From positions 1 to 64,000 of the forward strand of contig CANQQV010000010.1 of NCBI GenBank assembly GCA_947626095.1: DNA of 64,000 nucleotides, read 5' to 3'. Below, one piece after another: positions 62,933-64,000 of this stretch. Made by a program: the position numbers and the translations under genes. The stretch is from an uncultured Bacilli bacterium (GTDB lineage: Bacteria; Bacillota_I; Bacilli_A; RF39; UBA660). Each line of letters begins with the position of its first letter. Within the stretch, counting starts at the first letter, position 1. The notes beneath the pieces were generated by a model. It ran no database searches, was not told the DNA's origin, and worked only from the letters and a program-made list of their open reading frames with translations.

Positions 62933-64000
62933 TTATTCGCCTCCTGTTAATAAACATTTTACCACAGTTACAAGTTGTTTCCCATTCATTTTTTCTTGCT
63001 TTGGTGGAGCTATTATTGTTAGTTTTGTTCCAGTTCCAAGTAAAACTTCATTTTGATAATAAGTTGTTACGCCAGATAACGGTTCAATATATGCAGCGTT
63101 ACTGTTAGCGGGAACAATAATGTCAATTCTTATTTTGCCACCTGAAGGGGATGCAGCAAAGAAATTACTGATGTCTTCGACTGATGATGTAGTACTAAGG
63201 AAAGCATCATTTTGTAATTCCATTCCAACTTTTAAATCTTTTAATTTTCTAGCACCATTAAAATCTGTCGCCATACGGCTAACAGTGATAGTTTCACCAA
63301 TTCTATTATTATTTATAAGTTCAGTTAATTGACTAGCATTATGAACCGTAGGATCATATACGACACTATCGCCAAAAGTATCTTTAAATAATCTTGTATA
63401 TAGTTCCTTAATTTGTTCATCATATGGTTTTGTGCTATCGTAAAGATCACTGCTTCCCATAATATTTATATATAATTTTTTCATTTGCTCTTCACTAGCT
63501 TGAACTCCTGGTGAACTAGCCTTAACTAAACTGCATCCAGTCATTGATTCAGTATATATTCTAACCATATCTTTTTGAGCAGGAGTAGCATTAGCTATTA
63601 ATCGACTAACGTATCCATTATTATAATCATCCATTAGTTTATTTAATGTTGCAGCATCATCGTCAGATAAATATTTAATAATTAAATTAGAATAGCCTAA
63701 AATATCAACATCTGAGTTACATTTGGGAAGATTTTTAACTATACTCCATATTTCGTCTAATTCTGATTGACTTTTTTTGGTAAATTGTAATATTTCATAA
63801 AATTCTTTATGAAATGCTCCTTCTGTTGAATTGTTTTGCCAAGCATTAGTAGCTGCTTTAGATAGTTTATTTACTAGGCTTTGACTTAAACCGAATTTAT
63901 CTTTTAATATTCCATTTGTTAAATCATATAGCTGTGGAGCTGGTGTACCAAATAAAGCTCCAACACCCGCTCTTGAAGATAATTGAGTTATATCAATGCC
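62933..64000 (-). CDS. 5'-partial large protein with C-terminal VIP2/C3-like ADP-ribosyltransferase domain
   Basis: Manual translation shows the frame open from the window end (GIDITQLSSRAG...) to 62933; motifs VSR, FLSTTS, YIEPLS and QNEVLL. Confidence 0.85.
   Translation of the reverse strand, partial: GIDITQLSSRAGVGALFGTPAPQLYDLTNGILKDKFGLSQSLVNKLSKAATNAWQNNSTEGAFHKEFYEILQFTKKSQSELDEIWSIVKNLPKCNSDVDILGYSNLIIKYLSDDDAATLNKLMDDYNNGYVSRLIANATPAQKDMVRIYTESMTGCSLVKASSPGVQASEEQMKKLYINIMGSSDLYDSTKPYDEQIKELYTRLFKDTFGDSVVYDPTVHNASQLTELINNNRIGETITVSRMATDFNGARKLKDLKVGMELQNDAFLSTTSSVEDISNFFAASPSGGKIRIDIIVPANSNAAYIEPLSGVTTYYQNEVLLGTGTKLTIIAPPKQEKMNGKQLVTVVKCLLTGGE

Noticed and set aside
1197-63332. Many short track ORFs antisense to or nested in genes (e.g. 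1197..1415, 6554..6844, 13186..13629, 23355..23732, 33222..33563, 5847..6098, 63120..63332)
   Set aside because: They overlap well-supported genes, have no recognisable motifs and look like shadow frames
1-64000. CRISPR array, tRNA, rRNA or IS elements
   Set aside because: No regularly spaced repeat-spacer pattern, cloverleaf, rRNA-like tract or transposase was seen; intergenic spaces are short

Overview
AT-rich bacterial chromosome segment using the standard genetic code (TGA is used as stop). The gene content (murC/murD, several peptidoglycan hydrolases, FtsEX, a T-box, Spo0A-like and GerQ genes, a slightly reduced S10-spc-alpha operon) fits a walled, genome-reduced Bacilli lineage such as RF39-like gut bacteria; this taxonomy is inference. 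Most of the window is housekeeping: lysS, typA, pheST, the ribosomal protein superoperon, gap-pgk-tpi-gpmI, whiA/yvcK, ftsEX, ung, rlmH, dnaB-rplI and murDC. The accessory parts are the most interesting. (1) An 11-gene WXG100/type VII-substrate-like island at 52.2-58.9 kb is built from a duplicated four-family module in which different carrier proteins bear different cargo domains (phage-tail lysozyme, C39-like peptidase, a Cys-less thioredoxin-like fold). (2) The right edge holds the C-terminus of a large R-STS-QxE ADP-ribosyltransferase toxin, followed by a small ORF and an ADP-ribosylglycohydrolase. (3) The left edge holds a start-less, promoter-less beta-helix-like surface-protein reading frame that begins mid-signal-peptide at a palindrome directly after the lysS terminator, a possible silent antigenic-variation cassette. 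(4) Tandem paralogue pairs lie at 2.7-6.4 kb. (5) A degenerate gpmI and an atypical Spo0A sit inside the glycolytic cluster. All family assignments come from visual motif recognition; no database searches were run.
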